The notes beneath the pieces were generated by a model that did no database searches, was not told where the DNA came from, and was given only the letters and a program-made list of their open reading frames with translations. A program made the translations under genes and the position numbers. Below, in pieces: positions 55,834 to 64,000 of a stretch of DNA of 64,000 nucleotides (positions within the stretch are counted from its first letter, which is position 1; each line of letters starts with the position of its first letter). This DNA comes from a virus, in the IMG/VR virus record IMGVR_UViG_3300008952_000006, positions 32,001 through 96,000 of that record; one strand, given 5' to 3'.

Positions 55834-57729
55834 TTATCGCCTCGTTGCCAATGCTGCACCAGCCCCCGCAAGCATTGGAACTGCTGCGGCCTCCGAAAAG
55901 GTTAATCTAGCAGGGGTAACCCCTCGGTTTAGTAACTGCTGCCCCTTACCAGACATTGCTCCCCTGCCCATCTCCGCAACCCGCCTCGCGGCCCCGCCAA
56001 CTGTGCGAGAAAAGTCTCTAGAGGCGGGGGAAATTCCGTAATCCATACCCAGCTCTAGCGCTGTTGTTGCGCGAGATTTCCGCATCCCCGGCAAGAACGC
56101 CTCACGGACACCCTGCCCAGCAGACTCCAAAGCTTTATCCTGTATTGTTTTCGATTTGGTCCCCAGCCCCTTAAGGGCATTAACTCCTAAGTGAGCGCCA
56201 CCAAAACCAGCTAAACCTGCCGCAACATGGGCGGGTATGGTAGCACCGCCGCTAAGAAGCGCTGACGCGCCTAGTGCGCCGAGGCCCGCACCGCCCACAA
56301 TTAGATCGGGCAAGGCCGAGTTTTTCTTAGGGTCCTGAGCTAACGTTTTAGGGAGACCGCGTACTGCGCGCCCTTCCTGAGACAATGCGCCTCTGCCGCT
56401 GTGAAGCATTGCTTGGTAAGCCTTTTGAATGCTTGCGCCACCCGGAACGCGGCCCATAACCATTCCGGTTGCGAAGGGAGACTTGCCGCCTTTACCTATA
56501 GCTTTATCAATAGCTTCCGGTAATTGGTTCCAGACAGGGGTGGGTTCCCCACGCTTGCTTGTTTTCATTACGGGAGTGATACCTTTCTTGAAAATCTCCA
56601 AGGCTTGCTCTCTGTAGCCAGGGGGCACTCCGCGTAGAAGCTTGCCAAATTCGATCCCCATCTGCCTATTGTACTTCAATGACGGGAGAGCCACTCCTAG
56701 GGCAACGCCGGATCGTAACCCCGGATTTGTCCGACCTGCCAAACCCTCGCGGATGCCGATAGCCAACTGGTCTACCTTATGGCGCTGCATCCACTCCTGG
56801 GTTTTAGGCCCCCCGGGCATGCGTCGGAGCAAAGCCCCAGGTTTTCCGTAGCCCATCATCGCCTTTTCAGCGCCATGGAAAATAGGGAGAGCCGCAACGC
56901 CCACCGCAAGATGGTGCGCCGCTGCACCAGCCAACCCCATGCTGAGGGGGCCAATGGCTTCTTTCGTTATAGAGCTATTCTTTTCCATGGCCTTTAGGGC
57001 ACCATCGACTGCGGCAGACAAGACAAGCCCGCCGAGAAGCCCGCCAGCCGCGCCACCACCAGCCGCTGACGTAGCCTTCCTAAACACCTGATTGAGTCCT
57101 TTTCGGCCACCTGGGCCCATGCCGCCCACGGCCACGCTTTCCGCGCCCCGTGCTAACGCGCCCATTGCAGCACCAGACAACGCAGGCAACATGTACTTTT
57201 TATATGTAGAGGTTGTGCCGTCTTTTTTCTTTTTTCTTCCCGCAGCGATGCTTAACCCCATAGCAAGTGCGGCGGGGGTTTTATAACTAATTCGTGTAGC
57301 GCCAAGACGTAAACCGTGTCGAGCCGCAGCGGACCCAGTGACGCCCTTACTTTTAGCCCTGGCAGCCCTGTACCCTTCTACAAATCCTTTTTGCCCCTGA
57401 TAGATAGCTGCGGTCGAGCCTAAAAGAGCTAGGCCTTTCATCTGGGTGGATTTGTCTTTGGAAGAGACATTTTTCAATCCCTGAAGAAAGATGGGGGCTG
57501 TAAGAATGCCGATACCAGCGCCGATAGCGCGCCCAGAGCCTCGACCCTTAAACCCTTGTTGCAGCAAACTTTTTGTGGTCTTTTTAGACCCGAGAAGTTT
57601 GGATTCTACGGTGTGTTCGATGGTCCCCTTGGGGAGATCACCAATAATAGCCTTGGCCCCAAAAGCCGGTGCTGCCAGAGCTACCGATTTCAAGTAACCG
57701 TGTCCGGTGTCTTTTTTATTGCTGCCCAT
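55834..57729 (-). CDS. large basic G/A-rich virion-associated protein
   Basis: 631 aa; many glycine-zipper-like segments; TKEAI motif. Confidence 0.65.
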   Translation of the reverse strand: MGSNKKDTGHGYLKSVALAAPAFGAKAIIGDLPKGTIEHTVESKLLGSKKTTKSLLQQGFKGRGSGRAIGAGIGILTAPIFLQGLKNVSSKDKSTQMKGLALLGSTAAIYQGQKGFVEGYRAARAKSKGVTGSAAARHGLRLGATRISYKTPAALAMGLSIAAGRKKKKDGTTSTYKKYMLPALSGAAMGALARGAESVAVGGMGPGGRKGLNQVFRKATSAAGGGAAGGLLGGLVLSAAVDGALKAMEKNSSITKEAIGPLSMGLAGAAAHHLAVGVAALPIFHGAEKAMMGYGKPGALLRRMPGGPKTQEWMQRHKVDQLAIGIREGLAGRTNPGLRSGVALGVALPSLKYNRQMGIEFGKLLRGVPPGYREQALEIFKKGITPVMKTSKRGEPTPVWNQLPEAIDKAIGKGGKSPFATGMVMGRVPGGASIQKAYQAMLHSGRGALSQEGRAVRGLPKTLAQDPKKNSALPDLIVGGAGLGALGASALLSGGATIPAHVAAGLAGFGGAHLGVNALKGLGTKSKTIQDKALESAGQGVREAFLPGMRKSRATTALELGMDYGISPASRDFSRTVGGAARRVAEMGRGAMSGKGQQLLNRGVTPARLTFSEAAAVPMLAGAGAALATRR

Positions 57730-58039
57730 TAGTCTGTACCGCCTTCGAGATTTTTTCGACCATCCGCTCTATTAGGCCCTCATTTAGGATAGATAATTCT
57801 TTGACCTCACCATACCAGCTATCAACCTCTGGTACGTACTCTACGATAACGTTGTCCTTGGGGAAAGCTGAAAAGGCGGAGGTAAGTGAGTCCCCAAAAT
57901 CTTTAGGAAACTCGGGTTCTCCCCAAAAGTGGAATTTAACGCCTGTGTCATACTTGTAGTATTCGGTCTTGACACCAGGAACGACCGTCTTGGCTAAAAC
58001 AAAAATAACAGGTTCAATTTTAAAACTGGTGTTAAACAT
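57716..58039 (-). CDS. hypothetical protein
   Basis: GAGGA RBS; coupled. Confidence 0.6.
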   Translation of the reverse strand: MFNTSFKIEPVIFVLAKTVVPGVKTEYYKYDTGVKFHFWGEPEFPKDFGDSLTSAFSAFPKDNVIVEYVPEVDSWYGEVKELSILNEGLIERMVEKISKAVQTNGQQ

Positions 58040-58041
58040 AC

Positions 58042-58833
58042 CTAATCCTCGCCCCTCTTCAAGCTTTCCAAGCTTGTAATATCACGCTTGCCCAGTTTAA
58101 TGGCAACACTTCTCAGTTCTTCTAGAACTTGTTGAACCTCATCCCCGGTTCTATTTAATTCTTCTGTAGCCTTAAAGATGTTTTCAGCCCACATTTTGGC
58201 TGTCATGGCCGTATCTCTATTATTGGGAGACGCAGTAGTTTCGAAAAACCGCATGGCTGACTCGTGAAACACGCTCCGGATAACGTCCTTCTGGGGCAGG
58301 TCTACACGGTACCCTGTGCGCCATAGAGCATATTCAATGCCCTGCTTATAGCATTGCTGGAGCATCTTCCCGTCTGGGTACTTATCGAGGTATGCGAACC
58401 ATTCACGCCCAGACAATAGCTCCCGATTCCAGAAGTAATGTCTATACATATCGATGGTCTTTTGGGCCACCTTTTGACCACCGATCTCCAAAATATAACT
58501 GCTAATATCCTCTAAAGAAGCATCACTCAGTATTAGGGCTTCCAGCAGGGGCCTTATTTTTGTGTCCCCAAGCAGGTCCCTTGCGCGCAGAGCGTGCCTC
58601 TGCTCCGTAGCCATGGACATGATGCGTTGGCGTCTGACCCACGCTTTTGTGGGGCTGTTTGTAATATCGAATCTGGCGGGTTTTGTTTCTCTAAGCTTTG
58701 CGTTAATCCCTCTGAGGTACTCGCTCGACGGCTCTGGCATGCGGTACATACACGCAGCCGCAGCAATTTGCCCCTGGTTCAGACCAGAGAACAAAAGCAT
58801 GTATTTTAGCCAGTACTCATTGGGTTGTTTCAT
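58042..58833 (-). CDS. hypothetical helical protein
   Basis: AGGA RBS; 263 aa. Confidence 0.65.
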   Translation of the reverse strand: MKQPNEYWLKYMLLFSGLNQGQIAAAACMYRMPEPSSEYLRGINAKLRETKPARFDITNSPTKAWVRRQRIMSMATEQRHALRARDLLGDTKIRPLLEALILSDASLEDISSYILEIGGQKVAQKTIDMYRHYFWNRELLSGREWFAYLDKYPDGKMLQQCYKQGIEYALWRTGYRVDLPQKDVIRSVFHESAMRFFETTASPNNRDTAMTAKMWAENIFKATEELNRTGDEVQQVLEELRSVAIKLGKRDITSLESLKRGED

Positions 58834-58856
58834 AACTTCCTATTTATAAGTTCACC

Positions 58857-60845
58857 TTACAAAGAAACGTCTGCCCTAATCTGAAGCTTCTTTAATCCTT
58901 GCGAGGCGCGCTCAATACCCTTTAAAGCGGAAGATACCGCGCTTTCGGGAACATCAGAAAGGCCTAGGCGGATACCCACTAGCAACTCTGCGAGCTTGGA
59001 AGCCGCCTCCTCCAGAGTAGGGATCGCATCCACATACCCCTGGATGTTTTCAGGGGTAACAAAATTCAAAGAAAGGACGGAGTCCACGGTGTTCGGGTTT
59101 GTCAGGGCGGCAGCCTCTTTTACCAAGTCAATATGGATGACTTCTGCCAGCTTCACGGCCTCGCTAGAAACAGTGGGACTTTCCTCGGGAAGCCCAAAGC
59201 TGTTCTTAGCAACAAAGGAAAAGGCTCCTTGTTTGGTGGCAGCAGCCAGTTTTTTCATAGCTCCTGCCGGTGTATCCCCAAGGACCCCAAGGAACAGTAA
59301 TGCGTCTGCAGCGTTAAGCTTAGCGTTGGCGGTTTTGTCCAAGATGGCCACAGGCCGCCCACTAAAGGAGAACTCGGAGCCATCCGAACGGAGACAAACC
59401 TCCATCATTCGGTCCTGACTGGAGGCAATTTTGTCTACACCAACAGTATCGGAAGCGTAGCGGCCTCCGAAGGCAAGAGGAACGAACACAGCGCTATCGG
59501 GAAAAAGGTAGTCATTGCCCTTGATAAGAACTGGCTGGGTTACACTTGCTAATTTCAAAGCGCCACGACCGCGCAAAGGATGATCATATAGATAGGAAGT
59601 CTCCCCATCAAACTCAACCTTATTGAGGACTTTTATAGGCTCTGTGACCGCAGCGGTCTTCAGAACAAAGACGCCATCACCGAGGGGCTCCCCGCCTGAC
59701 AGCGCCGCCAGATTCAGATCTCCACAACGAACACCGGCCACTTTTTCCTGCAACGAGGCTCCGGACTCACCAACTACCAGGCAAAGGTCCATGTCGTGGC
59801 CGTCGAAAGACACAAGGTTGCTAATCACAGCGGCGCGCTGCGCCCGACCCGTTTTAGTCATAACTGAGTACACGCCATCAGCCTTAACGGTCTTTAGATT
59901 GGCTGTTTTCTCCACCGGGACAAGCTCTTTGTTCTCAGCGGAAACAAGCAACGTGTGACCATTATTGATAACGCCCTGCCGGATCTCAACAGGGATTTCT
60001 TGCCCTTCTACATTGTTTAGGAAAATCTCCTGCGAGACCCCATCGACAGAAGCCATCTTAAGCTTGTAGCCGCCACCAACCTTGGACACAACTGTTGCGT
60101 CAAAGTCATCCATTGATTTGTGTTCCTCAACAGCGTCTTCCTTTTCGCCCATTCTCTCTGCCAGCTTCACCACAGCCGCACTAAAAGCCTCATTAAGAAC
60201 AACGGCATCCTTCAAAGATTGGTCACCAGCAACCTTTTCCAGAAAAGAGGCTACCGCTTGCGTGTCAATTCCTTTGCCAAGCGCGTCTAGGACAGATGCT
60301 TGCTTCACTGTAGTATTGACCGCAGTGGCTCCGCCACCAGTCATGGCTGCTGGATCTTGGGGCCCAAAGTTCTGAGCACCCGCAGAGGTGGCTGGTGACA
60401 TTGCGGGCGCAACAACATAGGGGCTCATGTCAAACAACGCTGCGGAGACCCTCTCCTCATTTAGTGGCAGGAAACGCCCATCGGGGGAAATGAAAACATC
60501 AAACGAGTAAGCCTTCTTGTTTTCAACAATAATAGGAATCCTAAGGGCTCGTTCATCTTGCGGGGTTTCCTTTTCGGGGGAACGGATCATCTCGCCCATC
60601 CGCGCCGCACCCGCAGGAGAAGGCATATCGGGAGCCTGGGTAACCTTGAAAACCCCGTACATATACCCAAGGCTCTGGTCTTGCCCCTCAATAGACATAT
60701 TGACCTGATACTTTCCAAGATAGGAATGCTGCTTATACAGGTGTGCCAACAGCTCACTTGGATAAGTGCTAGGGTTATCGCCAAGGATGAACTTGGATGC
60801 CGTTTTCTCAAAAGTTGGCGTTCGAAGTTTTCTAATAAGATCCAT
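58857..60845 (-). CDS. head-module protein with more than 10 K-x-A motifs
   Basis: GAGG RBS before MDLIRK; LVKEAA...TVDSVLSLNF.TPEN. Confidence 0.7.
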   Translation of the reverse strand: MDLIRKLRTPTFEKTASKFILGDNPSTYPSELLAHLYKQHSYLGKYQVNMSIEGQDQSLGYMYGVFKVTQAPDMPSPAGAARMGEMIRSPEKETPQDERALRIPIIVENKKAYSFDVFISPDGRFLPLNEERVSAALFDMSPYVVAPAMSPATSAGAQNFGPQDPAAMTGGGATAVNTTVKQASVLDALGKGIDTQAVASFLEKVAGDQSLKDAVVLNEAFSAAVVKLAERMGEKEDAVEEHKSMDDFDATVVSKVGGGYKLKMASVDGVSQEIFLNNVEGQEIPVEIRQGVINNGHTLLVSAENKELVPVEKTANLKTVKADGVYSVMTKTGRAQRAAVISNLVSFDGHDMDLCLVVGESGASLQEKVAGVRCGDLNLAALSGGEPLGDGVFVLKTAAVTEPIKVLNKVEFDGETSYLYDHPLRGRGALKLASVTQPVLIKGNDYLFPDSAVFVPLAFGGRYASDTVGVDKIASSQDRMMEVCLRSDGSEFSFSGRPVAILDKTANAKLNAADALLFLGVLGDTPAGAMKKLAAATKQGAFSFVAKNSFGLPEESPTVSSEAVKLAEVIHIDLVKEAAALTNPNTVDSVLSLNFVTPENIQGYVDAIPTLEEAASKLAELLVGIRLGLSDVPESAVSSALKGIERASQGLKKLQIRADVSL

Positions 60846-60856
60846 TTTATTACCTC

Positions 60857-61339
60857 TTAGACCCAGGGGATTGGTGGTGACCCTGGTGTAGTTTGCGTTC
60901 CGGATGCTGCCCACAATGATAATACCCCGTTTAGGACTATTGTTGAAGGCATAGTAGTAGCTGAAGGTGGCAATGTTGCCAAAATAATTAAATTTAAGGG
61001 GACCACAGGGGGTGCGTGAACAACCGGTGCGGGTGGCGTTACGTTCCCCGGGGCCGCGCACATTGTGGCGAATACGGTAAACCCCGCCGCCAAAGTTTCG
61101 TGTGATAGAATATTAACAGCGCCCCCCTGGGCGGCTTTAACAGTCGTAATAAATAGTTCCTCTCCTGCGTCTAAGCCGAGCGGGGTCCATTTAGGTATTT
61201 CACCGTTCTTAAAAAAAGCTCGAGCCACCTTTGCCCAACCGGAGACACAGTCCATATCTTCAGCCCCGGCAGCCAGTGCACCAGATACAGCAAGCTGGAT
61301 TGCCTCATCTACGTCTGCAATGGCTGTGGCGTAAGGCAT
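60857..61339 (-). CDS. hypothetical protein, baseplate/spike-associated
   Basis: TAATG-coupled to the baseplate gene; Pro-rich, ends PPIPWV. Confidence 0.55.
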   Translation of the reverse strand: MPYATAIADVDEAIQLAVSGALAAGAEDMDCVSGWAKVARAFFKNGEIPKWTPLGLDAGEELFITTVKAAQGGAVNILSHETLAAGFTVFATMCAAPGNVTPPAPVVHAPPVVPLNLIILATLPPSATTMPSTIVLNGVLSLWAASGTQTTPGSPPIPWV

Positions 61340-62754
61340 TATTTCTTCACCTTTACTGTAGATGACCCAACCTTGTTCCAGGCGGGGGGCTGCGCAGGCG
61401 TTATTTGAATCATCCCGGGACTCGTCGGTCCCCAAGCAGTCAGTACCTGAAGCTGTGTTTTCATGTAGAGATCTAGGTCCGAAAATCTAACGACGCCCGT
61501 GTCAGCCGAATCACCAAGATCAATAGTTGTGGCATTAATATCCACGTGCGGAGACTTAATCTCAACGCTGTCTAGGACGTCCATTACGACTTTCTTGCAC
61601 GCCATTTCGAATTCATTACTCTTGAGAAACTCCATGTAGGCGCTTCCGTCCGCATCCTTTGCTCCCTCACCCCAGTCAAGTCGGGCTGAGCCGTGGACTG
61701 CCGCATAGAAGTCTTTCTCTATTTCGTGACGGATGCTGCCCTTTGTAAAAACAAAGTTGTCCCCATCACGGTTTAGCTGAAACGCATAGGTTACTTTGTC
61801 TTTATTATTACCGTCATCGTGATTATAAATAGTAATACTTATAACGCCCTTCTCCTCTGCGGTAATGCCCTCCTCTGGCGGACTGCCCTTGCCCTGCTTC
61901 AGATCCGCATTTGCAAATATATGCTCTGCGTCCACCTCAGTGTCTAAAGTTTCGTCCGTAAGTCTGCCTACACGCATCTCTACCGTATACTTACCTTTGG
62001 ATACATCTTCCTGCGTTAGGTCCTTAATATTATAACGCACCAATACGGGAGTTTCTTCAGCAGTTTTGAGCGCGTTCTTCTGATTCTCGTCTAAAAAATA
62101 ATTTGAGCTTGGTACGCTCCCAGTGCCTCCGGAGGGGGTTTCTCCATATGCCAGGACGGCATGACCCCATTCAATCTCTCCTACAGGGCTGTATGCCTGA
62201 TATTTTTGGAAGTAGTCCCTAACAACATTTTCGACAGGGATGTAAATTCTCTGCGCCAAACCTGTGGAGCCAATTTGCACTATCCCGCCCCTTCGGACCA
62301 CAATTTGGTTTTCGTCTGCTGTGCCGAGGTAGATGTCCCCGGGCTCTAGCGGGTGACGAAATCCGCGCCAACTGGGGTCTGTGTCCGTTTCATCAATGGT
62401 GGCGTATCTTTCCAGGCTTCCCGAACTAGAGCCCTCCAACCGCTCAGCAAGCGCCTCAGATTCAGTGGGCGCTACCGTGGTGGGGTTCAAAACAAAGCCT
62501 AAAATAAAGTGTGTCCCGTCCCCACAGGTACACACATAACAAGTAGAATCAATCTCAGGCATGAAGTGTACGCCGCCGCCATGATCTCGGTGGCAGTAAG
62601 GGGTTGCAAACGGGATAGGGCCCAATGGTCTAAGGGAGAAAACGGTTTCAAGATCCACAGTCCAATTCTCAAAGTTAACCGCAGTGACTCTAGCCAACGT
62701 TATATTTGCAGGCCCATTAGCATCGGAAACAGTCTTTGCGTACGGATCAGGCAT
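61339..62754 (-). CDS. baseplate hub/spike protein (gp5/Gp138-like N-terminal OB fold)
   Basis: ARVTAVN...TVD...G.HFMPE..S.C.V......ILGF; C-terminal beta repeats and I.LG...VVR. Confidence 0.6.
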   Translation of the reverse strand: MPDPYAKTVSDANGPANITLARVTAVNFENWTVDLETVFSLRPLGPIPFATPYCHRDHGGGVHFMPEIDSTCYVCTCGDGTHFILGFVLNPTTVAPTESEALAERLEGSSSGSLERYATIDETDTDPSWRGFRHPLEPGDIYLGTADENQIVVRRGGIVQIGSTGLAQRIYIPVENVVRDYFQKYQAYSPVGEIEWGHAVLAYGETPSGGTGSVPSSNYFLDENQKNALKTAEETPVLVRYNIKDLTQEDVSKGKYTVEMRVGRLTDETLDTEVDAEHIFANADLKQGKGSPPEEGITAEEKGVISITIYNHDDGNNKDKVTYAFQLNRDGDNFVFTKGSIRHEIEKDFYAAVHGSARLDWGEGAKDADGSAYMEFLKSNEFEMACKKVVMDVLDSVEIKSPHVDINATTIDLGDSADTGVVRFSDLDLYMKTQLQVLTAWGPTSPGMIQITPAQPPAWNKVGSSTVKVKK

Positions 62755-64000
62755 TAATACGGCCCCTTTGTAAGCTTATCCTTCTTGCCAAATTCCGCAG
62801 AGAACGCAAGTCCGGGCGCTGGGTGCAGCCCGTGGATATCAGACTCCCAGCCCTCGTTTGCCGCACGGATGAATGTTTCTTTTAACTTCCTGTACTGAAG
62901 TCTGGCAAGCCAATCTGTTGTTTGGTCAAGCGGTAGTGTTTCTACACCGCGCAACATCGGCTCAGTCTTTATTGGATTTTTCATAGCCTTGTTCAAAGAG
63001 TTCGCATGTGACAAGGAGATGTAGTCCCCACGGATAAACTTGCTGGAATCGCCGGGGTCTGTGACCTTTCCAAGGTTAGTTAAAGCTTTCGTGACCACCT
63101 CAACATTTCTCTTCTTAATGCCCTCCTTCTCGTAGACTTTATGTATCTCGTCTGCGAGGTATCTCTGGACTGTTTCGATATTTGTTTTCTCTAAAAGCTC
63201 GTGCGGGTTTATGATCCCACCAGTCAGCGACTGACCGCGCCTAACCTTTGCGCCGCTCTTAACGGAGACCTCTAGGTTGCCCGGTACGTAGACTTCCTGA
63301 TTACCAATAGTAATGTCATGTCCACCGATTGGGCTTACCTTTACAGAAGATATGGTGCCAGTTGCAGGCGAAAGAATAGCGGAATTAGCAAGCTTTTCTG
63401 GCATTTTTAATAATTGTGAAACACGATGAATCCCGCTAACTACGGAGCTTCCGCCTCCCGCAACGCCACCGGTATGGAATGCCTTCATGGATAGCTGAGT
63501 GCCCCGCTCACCGATAGAGGTCCCAGCAATAAGACCTATATTGACCCCCTTAGCAATTGGGTTGCCATTGTCCGCAATACCGTAACACTTGGAACACAGG
63601 CCCTTGGAAAGCTCACATTTTAGAGGCGACCGGACGAGGACCTTGTCAACTTTTGATGACCTAAGTCTAGAGAGCATATTAGGGGTAATAAGTGACCCAC
63701 TCGGTATTTTTAATCCAGGTGCGGACACGGGCTTCGCAAGGTACCGGTCTACAATGTCTGAGTCAGCAGCCGCCAACGCAATGCCTCTTGTTGTTTTGCA
63801 GTCATCCCCAGCTATAACGTAAGATATAGTAGTATTAGCAATTTGCTTGTTCAAAGCTCCCGGAAGCTGGACGGACTGCACCTTTTTTATCAGGCCTGCT
63901 CGAGCACCAGAAGTGGTAACCCAGTAGTCCGACGATTGGAGTCCCTCAGCATATGACCTAGATACGGGGACCGGTATTACCCGACCTTTTGCGTTCTCAA
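62754..64000 (-). CDS. rpoC: multisubunit RNA polymerase beta' subunit, C-terminal part (5' end beyond window)
   Basis: Frame stays open to the window end: SYAEGL...YW....GAR.G (bridge helix), RSPLKC..LCSKCYG, SIGERGTQLSMKAFHTGG (trigger loop). Confidence 0.9.
   Translation of the reverse strand, partial: ENAKGRVIPVPVSRSYAEGLQSSDYWVTTSGARAGLIKKVQSVQLPGALNKQIANTTISYVIAGDDCKTTRGIALAAADSDIVDRYLAKPVSAPGLKIPSGSLITPNMLSRLRSSKVDKVLVRSPLKCELSKGLCSKCYGIADNGNPIAKGVNIGLIAGTSIGERGTQLSMKAFHTGGVAGGGSSVVSGIHRVSQLLKMPEKLANSAILSPATGTISSVKVSPIGGHDITIGNQEVYVPGNLEVSVKSGAKVRRGQSLTGGIINPHELLEKTNIETVQRYLADEIHKVYEKEGIKKRNVEVVTKALTNLGKVTDPGDSSKFIRGDYISLSHANSLNKAMKNPIKTEPMLRGVETLPLDQTTDWLARLQYRKLKETFIRAANEGWESDIHGLHPAPGLAFSAEFGKKDKLTKGPY

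Noticed and set aside
60846-61061. N-terminal extension of the 58857..61061 ORF
   Set aside because: Overlaps the 60857 gene; the RBS supports the start at 60845
1-64000. Alternative genetic code, tRNA genes, introns or inteins
   Set aside because: Long genes are intact in the standard code and end at TAA, TAG or TGA; no tRNA or intein signature was noticed by eye, though tRNAscan/Infernal were not run

Overview
This 64 kb window looks like part of a large, myovirus-type dsDNA phage (jumbo-phage scale), read with the standard genetic code. I saw no tRNA, rRNA, CRISPR array or integrase. The left half (1-31.5 kb) is mostly + strand. It holds many short hypothetical genes, an ADP-ribosyltransferase-fold protein, a calcineurin-like phosphoesterase, a class II ribonucleotide reductase, ParB-like and RecA-like genes, and a Ycf46-type AAA ATPase/DUF2997/DUF1257/radical-SAM cluster. 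The right half (31.5-64 kb) is almost all - strand and is the virion module: tail tube, a very long tail sheath, neck proteins, major capsid protein, scaffold-like proteins, prohead protease, terminase, an SNF2 helicase, a baseplate protein and the 3' end of a cellular-type RNA polymerase beta' subunit. The best candidate for an undescribed system is a complete phage-encoded ubiquitin-like conjugation operon at 19.6-23.1 kb. It encodes a coiled-coil Ubl whose GG motif is masked by a 21-aa tail, an E2 with a Cys-rich C-terminus, a JAB/JAMM peptidase and a ThiF-type E1. A ~375-nt structured RNA precedes it, and a gene bracketed by six 18-bp palindromes plus ParB and an AAA ATPase follow it. A K-x-A motif recurs across head-module proteins and is probably the maturation-protease signature. 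All calls come from motif recognition by eye; no database searches were run.
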